The notes under the pieces were generated by a model. That model saw nothing but the letters and a program-made list of their open reading frames with translations. It ran no database searches and was not told the origin of the DNA. A stretch of DNA of 64,000 nt from Octopus vulgaris (lineage: Eukaryota). Positions 11,709 to 64,000 of this stretch are shown one piece after another (positions within the stretch are counted from its first letter, which is position 1; each line of letters begins with the position of its first letter). The position numbers and the translations under genes are program-made. The stretch covers positions 166,346,001-166,410,000 of the forward strand of contig OX597814.1 in assembly GCA_951406725.2 (NCBI GenBank), written 5' to 3'.

Positions 11709-14166
11709 GTTGTATGAATTTTTATGCAAAATTAGTACAGCTACTTCCTTTATAAGTTGAAAGTTCTGCTAATGTTTGTATAATAAATTTGATAATTTGA
11801 TGTGTTGCTTAAGGCTAAAGTCTGCAAATAGATCTAGAACATGAGATGACAAAATATGTTAACTGACAAAATATTACTGAAAATGAAAATATACATTAAA
11901 ACAATTATAATCATGGAGATGACAATGGCAAAAAAAGAGTAGAATGAAAATCAGAGGAACAGTAATTTTAAATAAAAGGTTATTAAAGTTAGTATTGTTG
12001 TTGTGTTTTGGTTAAGGCTTTTCATTTGTTGTTTTTTTTTTTGGCCTGTTTTTCTATGCTATGAGTGTGAGCTGATGCTCTAACCACTGAGCCATTGCCA
12101 CAGATTAAAGCAATTCAAATCAGAATATTTTTAGCAAAATAAGTACTGCTAGTGAGGATATGTGACCTAGTAGTTAGAATGTTTGGCTTCAGTTCCCACT
12201 TCAGGTCATTTCATTTTATTCCACTTCAGTTTACTCAGCAGTCATGATAATCAGCTCCCTAACCCCACCTCTCTCTCCAGTTGTCACATCCTGGATATTC
12301 CATTGGTTCATGGTTAAGGAGGCAGAGAGAGTGTCTATATCTACTTATGGTTATATAAGCACTTAAATCAACTAGCAAAAACACAAGACATGCTTCCAAA
12401 CTACACAAGCTCACAAGAGATAGTTGGTTATACATTAAGTACCAGTAAATGACAGAACTGTGGAATGATTGACAAAATCATCATCATCATTTAACATTTG
12501 TTTTCCATGCTGGCATAGGTTGGATGATTTGATCAGAGCCTGCAAGCTGGAGAGCTGCACCAGGTTCCAGTCTGATTTGGCATGGTTATATATAAGTATA
12601 CTCAATGCTAAAAATGAAAACCATATAATTGAAATAAAGCATATTTAGCATGTATGTATCCCACTCCTTCCAGCAGTCTCTCATAAAGTTCTAGCATTCT
12701 GAGGCAGACCACACCATTTTCTTCTCATCTTTCTTGCTCTTTACTATCCTACAGGTATTATTTGATATTTGTTTATCCAACTAGAATCTTTTCATATATG
12801 TCACATGTCCCTTACCTGTACAGTCTTCTCTCTTGCACATTGTTCATGTATGCTGTCATTACAGGTTCAGGATGGGTTGGTGTTAGGGGTTAGTTTCATA
12901 CTAGGTAGTTTTGAAATTTGTATACAAAAACAAGCATTTGCACTTCACTTGATGAGAGCAATCCTTTGCTGCCAACAGAGGTGACAATTCTTTGAACTTT
13001 TCCCATCCTGTTTTTACTCTGGCTACTATGCTTCAACAATAATTACATCCACCACTGATTAGGTCACTTAGCTAACTGAAACTGTCAACAACAAAATAAC
13101 TTATGCTATCTGCTCTGGCTCTCTGTAGTCTGAGTTCAAATCTAGCCAAAGTCATCTTTGCTTTTCAGCCTTTTGGGGTTTTATAATATATAATGCCACA
13201 CCAAGTGGTGGACAGACAGAATTGTTAGAGCATCAAATGAGATGTCTTGTAGTGTTTATTCCAGCTAGTTAAGTTCTTAGTTCTTGAATGGTAGATTTAA
13301 TATGTCATTTGGTTTAATACCACACCTGGTGTTTGGGTACCTTTAACAAATTTGATTCTGTTGCAAGCATTCAGGTCAGCTCTCCAGTTTGGGAATAACT
13401 TTGGCCATCAAAAATAAAGAATCATGGATACTGTTTGTCCCACCTTGACTAAACAGTAATGATAAAATAAAATTTTAAAATAATTAAAACAAAAAAATTC
13501 TTCCAGCACCCTTTCTGGCCATTTTGATGGCTATTTATGATTTTAAACAAAGGTGTTCATTCAATTAGCATTGTTTGTAAATGAAAAATAAAGTAAAAAA
13601 GACATATGTTGATATTTAAAAGTATTTACTCAACTACTAAAATAATGAGTGGATTAACGTTTGTGAAGTTAAGGGAGTAAATTGTTGATCACATGCACAT
13701 AAGTTCAAACTTTAAGTGTTACAGTCTCTGTGCCATGATCCTGCACAAGAAACATAACTCTGTTAGTCTTACTGTTGGTAGGGTCCACTTTCACCTGGAC
13801 ACTTGAGATGTTAGTAGTGGGACCAGCATTTTTAACATAACATAACAAAAAAAAATACCCAATTCTAAAAAGAAAAACAAAAAGTTATTCGCCTGTGCAA
13901 AATCGGGTTGAAAAATACATTGATATAGTTTGCAGTTGAGTGAAAGGATTTATAAAAATACAATGCTTTCTTTCTCTGTCAAACGTCCATATATGCAATT
14001 ATACTGACAGTTGCTGACATACTTGTATTTTTTTTATTTCATGTTTTACATTCAAGTATTTTTCTATTTTATTATCAAGATTTTATCATGCTACAATGAA
14101 ACTAAAAACTCAAGTATAGGCTTATTTTGATCAGACACACATATACACACAGATAAACAGGCCTTA

Positions 14167-63732
<49,566 letters not shown>

Positions 63733-64000
63733 CTGAAAGAAAGATATTGCATTTAATAATTTATTGAAGACTAAAGATGTGATTATTAACAAAGGATTAT
63801 GATTGTAAATCATTATAAGGAAAAATAGAAAGTGTAATAAAAATGAGGATGATAGTAATGATGGTGGAGTGGCACAAATACTAATTCCTTAATGTATGTA
63901 GCATGACCATCTGGTGATGAATCAACTCCTAAGTCCCTTACCTGAGACCACCTCAGGTTTTATACTACAGGTATTCTGTTTCAAAGTTATGAAATAGCAC

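Overview
AT-rich, microsatellite- and SINE-dense eukaryotic genomic DNA. The repeat content suggests an Octopus/cephalopod origin (inference). One protein-coding gene can be reconstructed by hand, on the minus strand: 19 short GT-AG exons (63732 to 14167, 5' end outside the window) splice in frame into about 503 aa of an integrin-beta leg-like protein. It has at least 10 I-EGF domains, built by triplication of a 5-exon I-EGF2-3-4 cassette, then a beta-tail domain. A stop codon follows where the transmembrane helix would normally begin, so the product is predicted to be soluble. Introns and flanks hold tRNA-derived SINEs, RTE/CR1/Tx1 LINE fragments, a decayed Gypsy element, a DD35D pogo transposon, mariner, Merlin and piggyBac-type relics, and several fold-back Penelope-like elements, often in (TA)n tracts. 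Some of the Penelope-like elements carry type I hammerhead ribozyme motifs. Almost all listed six-frame ORFs are repeat or microsatellite artefacts.
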